Source: Bacteroidales bacterium (GTDB lineage Bacteria > Bacteroidota > Bacteroidia > Bacteroidales > F082). Taken from it: a stretch of DNA of 32,300 bases. Positions within the stretch are counted from its first letter, which is position 1; every line of letters starts with the position of its first letter. The DNA is taken from contig JBDHYV010000001.1 in NCBI GenBank assembly GCA_039811545.1, positions 1-32,300 of the forward strand, written 5' to 3'. A program made the position numbers and the translations under genes. Under the pieces are notes generated by a model. That model saw only the letters and a program-made list of their open reading frames with translations, ran no database searches and was not told where the DNA came from. Below, in pieces: positions 6,550 through 15,208 of the stretch.

Positions 6550-7293
6550 TTACAACACCTTAGCTTCATCGCGAAGGGCATGAATAAGCTGGCTCACCTG
6601 ATCTTCGGTGAACTTTTTGCAGGCGGCTTTGGCCGGCGGCAGGTCGAAAGAAGCAAAGCTAACGCGGGTGGCAGTATCCACCGGAGCGACCACTTCAAGA
6701 GGTTTGGTACGTGCCATCATAATGCCGCGCATTGCCGGAATGCGGGGTTCTTTGGCGATGCCTTTCTGAACGATAGCCATCATCGGACAGTTAAGTTGGA
6801 CATTTTGGCTACCCCCTTCAATTTCGCGCACCAGCTTCACCTTATTGCCATCGAGTTGGAGATTGCTCACTCCCGAAACAGACTGTATTTCAAGTATTTC
6901 GGCCAGCATCCCGCCAACGGCAGCACCGTTATAGTCAGAAGCTTCGATGCCGGAAAATATCAGGTCGTATCCCTTGGCTACCTGAGCAAGCTGGGTGGCC
7001 ACAAAAAAGGCATCTTTGGGTTCGGCATCCACACGGATAGCTTTATCGGCACCGATGGCCAAGGCTTTGCGAAGGGTAGCCTCGGTGTCCTGTTTGCCAA
7101 CGTTGGCCACCGTGACTTGCTCGATGCCGCTGCCTGCTGTCTCTTTCAATTCCATGGCGCGTGTCAATGCAAGTTCGTCCCAAGGATTGATAATCCATTG
7201 AACACCGCTCGCATCGAAAGCCGTTTTGTCGGCATTGAATTTGATTTTTGTGGTTGTATCGGGCACATTGCCGATAAGAACAAGTATTTTCAT
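6550..7293 (-). CDS. etfB: electron transfer flavoprotein subunit beta
   Basis: MKILVLIGNVPDTTTKIKF... is a typical ETF-beta N-terminus. The track ORF begins at a TTG two codons upstream (7299); the ATG at 7293 is preferred. Confidence 0.95.
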   Translation of the reverse strand: MKILVLIGNVPDTTTKIKFNADKTAFDASGVQWIINPWDELALTRAMELKETAGSGIEQVTVANVGKQDTEATLRKALAIGADKAIRVDAEPKDAFFVATQLAQVAKGYDLIFSGIEASDYNGAAVGGMLAEILEIQSVSGVSNLQLDGNKVKLVREIEGGSQNVQLNCPMMAIVQKGIAKEPRIPAMRGIMMARTKPLEVVAPVDTATRVSFASFDLPPAKAACKKFTEDQVSQLIHALRDEAKVL

Positions 7294-7359
7294 AGACAAA
7301 ATGATTAAGTTCGATTATCTGCTTTTGTTAAACCGGTTCAAAAAGTACAGTTCTGAATT

Positions 7360-8499
7360 TTATTTTATCAGGTCGCGCGAGATGATGATCTTTTGCACTT
7401 CGCTGGTCCCTTCATAAATCTGGGTAAGCTTGGCTTCGCGCATCAGACGTTCGACGTGATATTCTCTCACATAGCCATATCCGCCGTGAATCTGAACGGC
7501 TTCGGTAGTCACCTCCATTGCGATATCAGCGGCATATTGCTTGGCCATAGCACTTGCTACGCCGTAAGGTTTTCCCTGGTCTTTGAGCCAGGCGGCTTTC
7601 AGGCACAGGTTGCGTGCGTTTTCAACTTTCACGGCCATATCGGCCAACTTGAATGCGATGGCCTGATGGTTTGCTATGACGGTTCCAAAAGCCTTGCGTT
7701 CTTTTGAATAGGCTACAGCTCTTTCCAATGCGCCCGAGGCAATGCCTAAGGCTTGGGCAGCAATGCCGATACGACCACCTTCGAGCACTTTCATGGCAAA
7801 AGTGAAACCAAAACCTTCTTCGCCAATCCGGTTAGCTTTCGGCACTTTCACATCGTTGAACATCACCGAATGGGTATCGCTGCTTCTCATGCCCATCTTG
7901 TCTTCGTGTGGTCCCAAGGTGATGCCGGGGCTGTCCTTTTCCACAATAAAAGCTGTGATTCCTTTGTGTTTTTTGGCAGGGTCGGTCTGCGCAATCAGCA
8001 CATAATATGAGGCACTATTGGCATTGGTGATCCAGTTTTTTGTTCCATTCACCAAATAATAGTCGCCTTTGTCTTCGGCTGTGGTTCTCTGACTAGTAGC
8101 ATCAGAGCCGGCTTCGGGCTCCGAAAGTAGGAAAGCACCTAATTTCTCGCCCCTTGCTAAAGGTTTCAGATATTTTTCTTTTTGTTCATGTGTGCAATAG
8201 GAGTTTATTCCGTGACAAACCAACGAGTTATTGACTGAAATCACAACACTTGTGGAAGCATCAACTTTGCTAAACTCCTCCATAGCAAGTACATAAGATA
8301 CTGCATCCAAACCGCCTCCGTCGTATGCCGGGTCAACCATCATGCCCATAAAACCCAGTTCGGCAAGGGCTTTTGCGTGATGATGTGGAAATGCACAGCT
8401 AGCATCCCGTTCTAGAACATCTTGTATTAGTTCGCGTTGGGCATAGTCGCGGGCAGCCTGCTGAATCATAAGCTGCTCTTCTGTAAATTCAAAGTTCAT
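7360..8499 (-). CDS. acyl-CoA dehydrogenase, short/medium-chain (butyryl-CoA dehydrogenase-like)
   Basis: 379 aa with canonical ACAD length and motifs (GSDA..., IYEGTSEVQ near the C-terminus). It lies directly upstream of etfBA. Confidence 0.93.
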   Translation of the reverse strand: MNFEFTEEQLMIQQAARDYAQRELIQDVLERDASCAFPHHHAKALAELGFMGMMVDPAYDGGGLDAVSYVLAMEEFSKVDASTSVVISVNNSLVCHGINSYCTHEQKEKYLKPLARGEKLGAFLLSEPEAGSDATSQRTTAEDKGDYYLVNGTKNWITNANSASYYVLIAQTDPAKKHKGITAFIVEKDSPGITLGPHEDKMGMRSSDTHSVMFNDVKVPKANRIGEEGFGFTFAMKVLEGGRIGIAAQALGIASGALERAVAYSKERKAFGTVIANHQAIAFKLADMAVKVENARNLCLKAAWLKDQGKPYGVASAMAKQYAADIAMEVTTEAVQIHGGYGYVREYHVERLMREAKLTQIYEGTSEVQKIIISRDLIK

Positions 8500-8565
8500 G
8501 TTTTGAATACTTTAGTTAGAGACTAAGGAATTAAGTTAATTTGGGCAAAGTTAGTGTTTTTCGGC

Positions 8566-9528
8566 TTACCCACATAGGTTGAATAGGCTATCGAGCTGAT
8601 TTTTCGCTTTTGAGAGGCCATTGATGAGGTCGTCGAAAATTTCCTGAACTGTTTCGATGTGGTTCAGCAAAACGGCTGCCTGACCCACTTCGAGCTCTCC
8701 CTGTTGGAGGTCGCCTTCGAAGATTCCTTTTTTGGGTCTTCCTTTTCCGAGCATCTCCTTCAAAATCTCGGGGCTGGCACCATTGGCTTCTGCGTCTTTC
8801 ACAGCTTGCGAAAACGGATTTTTAAGCAGCCTGACGGGGGTTAGTTTTTTCATCAGCAAAGCGGTTTCTCCTTCAGCCGATTCAAGAACAGCCTGTTTGA
8901 AGGCCGTATGTGCCGATGATTCGGCACTCACTGCAAATCGTGTCCCAATTTGCACTCCTTCTGCTCCCATCGCCATCGTGGCAAGTATCTGGCTGCCAGT
9001 AGCAATGCCACCGGCGGCAATCAAAGGCAATTTTGTAAACTGCCGGATGAGCGGTATCAGGGTCAGGGTGGTCGTTTCTTCGATGCCATTGTGTCCGCCG
9101 GCTTCAAAGCCTTCGGCCACAATGGCATCCACCCCGGCCGACACCGCTTTAAGGGCAAAACGCGTGTTGGCCACCACATGAGCCACCTTCACCCCATGTG
9201 ACTGAAGCATTGCGGTGTATGTTGCCGGACTTCCGGCTGAGGTAAACACAATCGGCACTTTTTCTTCCAAAACAATACGGATAACTTCGTCGGGTTGTGC
9301 ATACAACAGAGGCAGATTCACCCCAAAAGGCTTATCAGTGGCAGCTTTGCAGCGAATGATATGTTCGCGAAGAACATCAGGATACATGGAGCCGGCACCA
9401 AGAAGCCCCAGACCTCCCGCATTGCTAACGGCTGAGGCCAATCGCCAACCGCTGCACCATACCATCCCTCCCTGAATGATGGGATAGCGAATGCCAAAAA
9501 GAGATGCTATACGATTTGAATCTGTCAT
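8566..9528 (-). CDS. NMO-family FMN oxidoreductase (nitronate monooxygenase / FabK-like enoyl reductase)
   Basis: MTDSNRIASLFGIRYPIIQGGMVWCSGWRLASAVSNAGGLGLLGAG is the NMO/FabK N-terminal signature. Start moved to the ATG at 9528. Confidence 0.88.
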   Translation of the reverse strand: MTDSNRIASLFGIRYPIIQGGMVWCSGWRLASAVSNAGGLGLLGAGSMYPDVLREHIIRCKAATDKPFGVNLPLLYAQPDEVIRIVLEEKVPIVFTSAGSPATYTAMLQSHGVKVAHVVANTRFALKAVSAGVDAIVAEGFEAGGHNGIEETTTLTLIPLIRQFTKLPLIAAGGIATGSQILATMAMGAEGVQIGTRFAVSAESSAHTAFKQAVLESAEGETALLMKKLTPVRLLKNPFSQAVKDAEANGASPEILKEMLGKGRPKKGIFEGDLQQGELEVGQAAVLLNHIETVQEIFDDLINGLSKAKNQLDSLFNLCG

Positions 9529-9603
9529 AAACGATTGATAAAATGAAAATACTACGCTCAGAAACACTTTGCGTTATGTTAGAAACTGATGTGTCATGGT
9601 TTC

Positions 9604-11439
9604 CTATTCAGGTTGTTCACCTTCCTTAAATTCCGGATTTGGAATGGGTGTCTGGATGTGGCCTTCCGAATCGGTATAGCCGTAGATTCGATCGAAGAGT
9701 ATTCGATATTTGTTTTTCACCACATTGCGGCGGAGTTTTAAGGTTGGCGAAAGCTCGCCTGTTTCGGGAGTCCATTCTGTGCAGGTGAGTGCAAAATGTT
9801 TGATTTGTTCGTGTGGATTCAGTGTTTTGTTGATACGGTCAATCTCTTCCTGGTATCGTTCGATGACTTTGGGATGCTGAATGAGGGCCTTCGAGTCGCG
9901 GTATTTCACGTTGTGAAGAAAAGCCCAACCGTTGAGGAAATGGAATGCCGGACCGATGATGGCTGCCGTAAATTTTTCGTCGGCCCCAACCACCATAATC
10001 TGTTCTATGAATTGTGATTCTTTAAATATGTTTTCGATCACTTGTGGAGCGACATATTTTCCGGTAGAAAGCTTAAATATTTCTTTCTTTCTATCGGTGA
10101 TTTTCAATATATTCCGGTCTTGAAGCTCCCCAATATCGCCGGTATGGAACCAGCCGTCAGCATCAATAACTTCGGCTGTTTTCACCGGGTCTTTGTAATA
10201 ACCCATCATGAGGCTGGGACCTTTCATCAATATTTCGCCATCGTCGGCAATTTTCACTTGCACATTGCTCAGGAGAGGGCCAACGGTTCCGAAGCGCATA
10301 TCGGGCCATTCGGAATGGTTCACAGCGATGACGGGCGAGGTTTCGGTGAGGCCGTAACCTTCCTGAATTTTGATGCCGGCACAGCAAAAAACCCTTGCCA
10401 ACCGGGGCTGGAGGGCAGCACCGCCCGAAATAACGAGCTTCGTTTTGCCTCCAAGTGCTTCGCGCCATTTGCTGTAAATGAGTTTGTCGGCAATTTTGCG
10501 TTTGAATTCATAAAACCAACCGTTTTCACCATTAAGTTCATATTTCAGGCCTAAGTTAACAGCCCAGAAAAACAAGGCTTTTTTAATACCGCTCAATTCT
10601 TTTCCTTTGAGCAACAACTTATTAAAAAGTTTTTCAATTACCCTTGGAACGGCAGCAAAACCATCGGGAGTTACTTCGCGCAAGTTGTCGCCAATAGTGT
10701 CGGTGCTTTCGGCATAATAAACTGATACTCCTTGATATTGAAGAAGATAGTTGACCATCCGTTCGAAAACATGGCATAACGGGAGAAAACTCAGAAAACG
10801 TCCGGTGTGATCAACCGGCAGCAGGTGAATACTGGCCTTGACGTTGGATAGGAAGTTGTGATGGCTCAGCATCACGCCTTTTGACAGGCCTGTTGTGCCG
10901 GAAGTGTAAATGATCGAAACCAAGTCGGTGGGTGCAATACTTCCGGCGACTTCTTTTAAAAGCTCAGGTTTTTGATTCTTTTTGCCCAGCTCAAGAATTT
11001 CGTTCCAGTTTGGCAGCCCCAGAATGGGATCAATGACAAAAACTTTTTCGATGTTGGGTATTTCTTTTGTCAGCGGCAAAATTTTCTCGTAAAACTCCTT
11101 TGATGAAACGATGGCAAATCGAGCATCGCTGTGTGCCAGAATATGCTGATATTCGTCGTTGCTGTTGTTTGGATAAACCGGCACATGCACAGCACCCACC
11201 TGCGCCATCCCCATATCCATCATATTCCATTCCGGGCGGTTATTGCTGATAGTGAATATTTTATCGCCTTTTTTGACTCCTAAGGCCAGTAGCCCGTAGC
11301 TGAAATTATCCACAAATTCGCGATAAGCTGAGGAGGAGAATTTTTCCCAAATGCCGTTACGTTTAACCGCCAATATATCGTCTTTTGGGAAGTTGGTTGC
11401 AATTTTGCCAACAATGTCGAAGGTTCTTAGAATTTCCAT
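9604..11439 (-). CDS. long-chain-fatty-acid--CoA ligase (AMP-dependent synthetase)
   Basis: 611 aa with the AMP-binding motif IIYTSGTTGLSKGVMLSHHN and the later GYGLTETS and GWFHTGDIG motifs. Confidence 0.93.
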   Translation of the reverse strand: MEILRTFDIVGKIATNFPKDDILAVKRNGIWEKFSSSAYREFVDNFSYGLLALGVKKGDKIFTISNNRPEWNMMDMGMAQVGAVHVPVYPNNSNDEYQHILAHSDARFAIVSSKEFYEKILPLTKEIPNIEKVFVIDPILGLPNWNEILELGKKNQKPELLKEVAGSIAPTDLVSIIYTSGTTGLSKGVMLSHHNFLSNVKASIHLLPVDHTGRFLSFLPLCHVFERMVNYLLQYQGVSVYYAESTDTIGDNLREVTPDGFAAVPRVIEKLFNKLLLKGKELSGIKKALFFWAVNLGLKYELNGENGWFYEFKRKIADKLIYSKWREALGGKTKLVISGGAALQPRLARVFCCAGIKIQEGYGLTETSPVIAVNHSEWPDMRFGTVGPLLSNVQVKIADDGEILMKGPSLMMGYYKDPVKTAEVIDADGWFHTGDIGELQDRNILKITDRKKEIFKLSTGKYVAPQVIENIFKESQFIEQIMVVGADEKFTAAIIGPAFHFLNGWAFLHNVKYRDSKALIQHPKVIERYQEEIDRINKTLNPHEQIKHFALTCTEWTPETGELSPTLKLRRNVVKNKYRILFDRIYGYTDSEGHIQTPIPNPEFKEGEQPE

Positions 11440-11951
11440 AGCAGCGTGTTTTTGAAGTGATTAGAGTGTTTTTTTTGTTTGAAAGTCCAAATAATATGAA
11501 AACGGGCTACCATTTCGCCTTTGCTGTCTGTTCCTTCCGAGAGTGAGGTAAAACGGGTGCCGTCGGGGTTTTTCAAGGCTTCGGTTACGGCTGTTTCAAA
11601 TGCCGCTCTGTCGTTGCAGCGGAAATGAGTACGGCTGCGGGCTTTTTTCAGGTATTCGGCCTGCATCCCGAAAACGAGCATCGAAACGGGTTGCCCGGCC
11701 TTTTTCACTGCTCCAAGTGCCGGCAGTCCCGATGCGAGTTCGGCAGCCATGCTCAGCGGGGCAAAATAAATTGACCGGAAAGGATTCTTCGTTATGAAAC
11801 AATAGGGCACCGATACCGTTGCGCCCAATGCATCATACTGCTCCACCCTGAGGCCGGCCACCCAGCCCAAAGGCAAATGACGAAGCAAATAAATTCCAAA
11901 ACGCCAACGACTTAAGATGTTTTTCTCAAAAGATGATTTTCGTATGCCCAA
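11427..11951 (-). CDS. hotdog-fold protein, DUF4442 / PaaI-like thioesterase family (tentative)
   Basis: 174-aa ORF whose 3' end overlaps the acyl-CoA ligase start by 13 nt, consistent with coupling. The overall pattern resembles DUF4442 proteins as I recall them. The only available start is TTG at 11951, immediately after an in-frame TGA. Confidence 0.55.
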   Translation of the reverse strand: MGIRKSSFEKNILSRWRFGIYLLRHLPLGWVAGLRVEQYDALGATVSVPYCFITKNPFRSIYFAPLSMAAELASGLPALGAVKKAGQPVSMLVFGMQAEYLKKARSRTHFRCNDRAAFETAVTEALKNPDGTRFTSLSEGTDSKGEMVARFHIIWTFKQKKHSNHFKNTLLWKF

Positions 11952-12140
11952 TTCTCAAAGTGTTTGTTTATTAGCGAATGACCAATTTCGTTCGGGCCGC
12001 TTTGTCGTTGAATGACGTGATTTCTTTCTGACATTGTTGCCCTTATGGCCGATCAGCCTGCGTAAAGATAGGTGAAAAAATGTTGTTGTCAATAAAAAAT
12101 GTTTGGGTCGGTTTGCGCACTCTTCATAATGTTTGTTTTT

Positions 12141-12174
12141 CCGGTAAGCCTGCTGCACAAGGCAGGCTTACCGG
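12141..12174. other. strong stem-loop (13-bp perfect stem) just past the acyl-CoA dehydrogenase stop
   Basis: CCGGTAAGCCTGC-tgcacaag-GCAGGCTTACCGG. No T tract follows on the minus strand; the T-rich run is on the wrong side. It is therefore not a canonical intrinsic terminator. Confidence 0.6.
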
Positions 12175-12184
12175 GCTGTGGACA

Positions 12185-13969
12185 TCAGAAAATATACGAG
12201 CCCTGTTCGATGGTTTGCTGTGCAATGCGGCGTCGGGCAGCCACACTGTTGACCTGTTCGCTTCGGGTGAAGCGTTTCATTCCCATGAGCATAGCTTGTC
12301 GTTCGTCGCCTTGGGCAAAAGCATTGACTGCATCAGTGCCCTGTTTGAAAATCAGGGTGCTGATGTCATAAAAATACACGTCGGCTGCATCTTTCATCAG
12401 CAGAAGTTTCTGTTCTGAAACGTTTTGCTGAACCTTTTCGATACGTAAAAGCATGGATTCTGCAGCATAAGTGTATATGATCATATCGGCCAACAATAAC
12501 ATAATTTCCTGTTCGTCGGCAAATTTATCGGTAAAATGCTGGACGGCTGCACCGGCTACCATCAATATGGCTTTTTTGAAATTGACCAATTGTTTCTTCT
12601 TTGCTTCAAAATAATTGGTTGTCACCGAGCCAAAATCGGGGATAGCCATCAGTTCTTTGGCCACTGCCATAGCAGGCGTCAGCAAGTCAATTTCGCCTTT
12701 CATGGCTCTCTTTAGCAATTCGCCCACGATGACCATTCGGTTAATCTCGTTGGTTCCTTCAAAAATCCGGTTAATGCGCGAGTCGCGATAAGCTCTTTCA
12801 ACTGGAGTTTCAGCCGAATAGCCCATTCCGCCATAAATCTGGACTCCTTCGTCCACAATATAATCCAACACTTCGGAGCCAAAAACTTTGGCAATGGAGG
12901 CTTCAATGGCGTATTGACGCATGGCTTCAACGGCGGCCTGCCCCTTTTCCATGCCATTGGCCGACAGTATGCGGGATGCATCGTCAATATTCTGGCTGGC
13001 GCGGTAGGTCAGTGATTCAGAGGCAAAATTGAGGATGTTCATCTCGGCAAGTTTATGACGGATGGCTCCAAATCCGGCAATGGGCACACCAAACTGTTTG
13101 CGCTCTTTGGCATACTGAAGCGCGTGGGTTACAACGGCTTTACCAGCACCCACGGTGGCACCCGACAATTTTATTCTGCCTAAATTCAAAATATTGAGGG
13201 CTATCTTGAAACCGCCGTTCCGTTCGCCAAGAAGATTTTCAGCGGGAACTTTCACATCTTCCAGATACACCTGAACGGTGGAGGAGCCTTTGATGCCCAT
13301 CTTTTCTTCGTCGGGGCCAATGGTTACGCCTTTCCACGCCGTTTCAACTATGAAGGCACTCAGGTTTTTGTCGTCATCAATCTTGGCAAACACGATGAGA
13401 AGGTCGGCCACACCGCCGTTTGTGATCCAGATTTTCACTCCGTTTAAGGTATAAAATGAGCCGTCGGGGCTGCTTAAGGCACGTGCTTTCCCCGAGTTGG
13501 CATCACTGCCGGCATCGGCTTCGGTGAGGCAATAAGCTCCGATGAATTCGCCCGAAGCCAGTTTGGGGATATATTTCTGCTTCTGCGTCTCGTTACCGTA
13601 ATAAAGAATCGGCAATGTGCCAATGCCCGTGTGAGCTGCAAACGATACTGCAAAGCTGTAGCCCTTACCCATCTCTTCGGTGGTGAGCATGGAAGTGACA
13701 AAGTTCTGGCCAAACCCCTCATACTCTTCAGGAACCGAGATTCCCAGCAGGCCAAGCTGCCCGGCATCTTTAAGAAGACGCGTGAGCAGGGCACGGTCGT
13801 GTTTTTCAAGTTGATCCATCACCGGAACAACCTGTGTTTCGGTAAATTCGCGGCAGCTTTGAGCCATCATCCTTTGTTCGTCATTGAATTCTTCCGGCAC
13901 AAAGATTTCGCTGGCAGGTGTTTCACGAATCAGAAACTCACCGCCTTTAATCATGTTTTTTTCGCTCAT
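12185..13969 (-). CDS. acyl-CoA dehydrogenase, long form (about 600 aa, FadE-like)
   Basis: 594 aa. The ACAD core (YCLTEADAGSDA, IFEGTNEI) is followed by a C-terminal extension of about 150 aa. Confidence 0.92.
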   Translation of the reverse strand: MSEKNMIKGGEFLIRETPASEIFVPEEFNDEQRMMAQSCREFTETQVVPVMDQLEKHDRALLTRLLKDAGQLGLLGISVPEEYEGFGQNFVTSMLTTEEMGKGYSFAVSFAAHTGIGTLPILYYGNETQKQKYIPKLASGEFIGAYCLTEADAGSDANSGKARALSSPDGSFYTLNGVKIWITNGGVADLLIVFAKIDDDKNLSAFIVETAWKGVTIGPDEEKMGIKGSSTVQVYLEDVKVPAENLLGERNGGFKIALNILNLGRIKLSGATVGAGKAVVTHALQYAKERKQFGVPIAGFGAIRHKLAEMNILNFASESLTYRASQNIDDASRILSANGMEKGQAAVEAMRQYAIEASIAKVFGSEVLDYIVDEGVQIYGGMGYSAETPVERAYRDSRINRIFEGTNEINRMVIVGELLKRAMKGEIDLLTPAMAVAKELMAIPDFGSVTTNYFEAKKKQLVNFKKAILMVAGAAVQHFTDKFADEQEIMLLLADMIIYTYAAESMLLRIEKVQQNVSEQKLLLMKDAADVYFYDISTLIFKQGTDAVNAFAQGDERQAMLMGMKRFTRSEQVNSVAARRRIAQQTIEQGSYIF

Positions 13970-14004
13970 ATTATTTTGTTATTTTAGTGTTATTTTACGG
14001 ATAA

Positions 14005-15180
14005 TCAGAATCTTTCAAAAATTCCGGCAGCTCCCTGACCTGTACCGACACACATGGTTACCATGCCATAGCGTGCGTTTCGGCGTTTGAGCTCGTTGAG
14101 GATTTGCACGGTGAGTTTTGCTCCGGTAGCCCCGAGGGGGTGTCCCAAAGCGATGGCACCTCCGTTCACATTCACTTTTGCAGGATCGAGGCCCAATTCG
14201 CGTATCACGGCAATACTTTGGGAAGCGAATGCCTCATTCAGTTCGACAAGATCAATGTCTGTCAAGCTTATACCGCTATGTCTGAGCACTCTAGGAATAG
14301 CCGCAACCGGCCCGACACCCATTTTATAAGGCTCAACGCCTGCGGCCTGATAATCCACTAAGCGCGCGATGGGCTGCAGTTGATACTCCTGAAGCACTTT
14401 TTCTGAAACAACAAGTACAAAAGCCGCTCCATCCGACATCTGGGATGAGTTGCCGGCAGTGGAGGTTCCATCGGCAGCAAAAGCCGGTTTGAGTTTCGAC
14501 AGACCCTCGAAGGAAGTTCCGGCACGCGGGCCTTCGTCGGTATCAAAAAGGGTCGTGCGGGTTTTGCGTTGATTGTTTTCAACATAGGTTTCTTCAACCT
14601 CAATGGGCACGATTTCCTGATGAAACTTTCCCTCGGTTTGTGCCTTGAGGGCCTTTGCGTGCGACTCCGCTGCAAATTCATCCTGTTCCTGACGACTGAC
14701 GTGGTATTCTTTGGCCACCATTTCGGAAGTAAGCCCCATTCCCATATACCAGCGCGGATGATGCTGGGCCACTGCGGGGTTGGGCACTTGCCGCCAACCG
14801 CCCATGCTGATGAGCGACATGGTTTCAGCTCCGCCGGCAATGATCACATCGGCCAAGCCCGCTTTAATTTTTGCTGTTGCAATCGCAATGGATTCGAGAC
14901 CACTGGCACAATAACGGTTGATGGTTGACCCGGGAACTTCCACCGTGTCGAGCGACATCAGCGAGAGCAGCCTGCCTATGTTGAAGCCGCTTTCGGCTTC
15001 CGGAAAAGCATTGCCAACCACCACATCATCAATGCGTTTCTTTTCAATCATCGGAAAATCATCCATCAGCCGCCGGATGACGGTAGCGGCTATATCGTCG
15101 GGTCTGACAAAACGAAGGCTTCCTCTGGGAGCCTTCCCAACAGCCGACCGATAACCTCCTACAATATATGCATTCATCAT
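14005..15180 (-). CDS. acetyl-CoA C-acyltransferase (3-ketoacyl-CoA thiolase, FadA-like)
   Basis: [16 protein letters not shown]..., active-site [17 protein letters not shown] and CVGTGQG motifs. Start moved to the ATG at 15180, which avoids overlap with the upstream gene. Confidence 0.95.
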   Translation of the reverse strand: MMNAYIVGGYRSAVGKAPRGSLRFVRPDDIAATVIRRLMDDFPMIEKKRIDDVVVGNAFPEAESGFNIGRLLSLMSLDTVEVPGSTINRYCASGLESIAIATAKIKAGLADVIIAGGAETMSLISMGGWRQVPNPAVAQHHPRWYMGMGLTSEMVAKEYHVSRQEQDEFAAESHAKALKAQTEGKFHQEIVPIEVEETYVENNQRKTRTTLFDTDEGPRAGTSFEGLSKLKPAFAADGTSTAGNSSQMSDGAAFVLVVSEKVLQEYQLQPIARLVDYQAAGVEPYKMGVGPVAAIPRVLRHSGISLTDIDLVELNEAFASQSIAVIRELGLDPAKVNVNGGAIALGHPLGATGAKLTVQILNELKRRNARYGMVTMCVGTGQGAAGIFERF

Positions 15181-15208
15181 ATTGATTTCTTTTTTGATTG
15201 TTATTGAA

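Noticed and set aside
6484-7308. 274-aa plus-strand ORF
   Set aside because: It is entirely antisense to etfB and the etfA start, which both have unmistakable family signatures. This is a typical shadow ORF in a GC-richer gene.
11955-12418. Small ORFs (67 aa minus strand, 112 and 90 aa plus strand) in or around the ACAD/hotdog spacer
   Set aside because: The translations are basic and low-complexity. The plus-strand ones are antisense to the ACAD 3' end, and the minus-strand one reads across the 13-bp hairpin.
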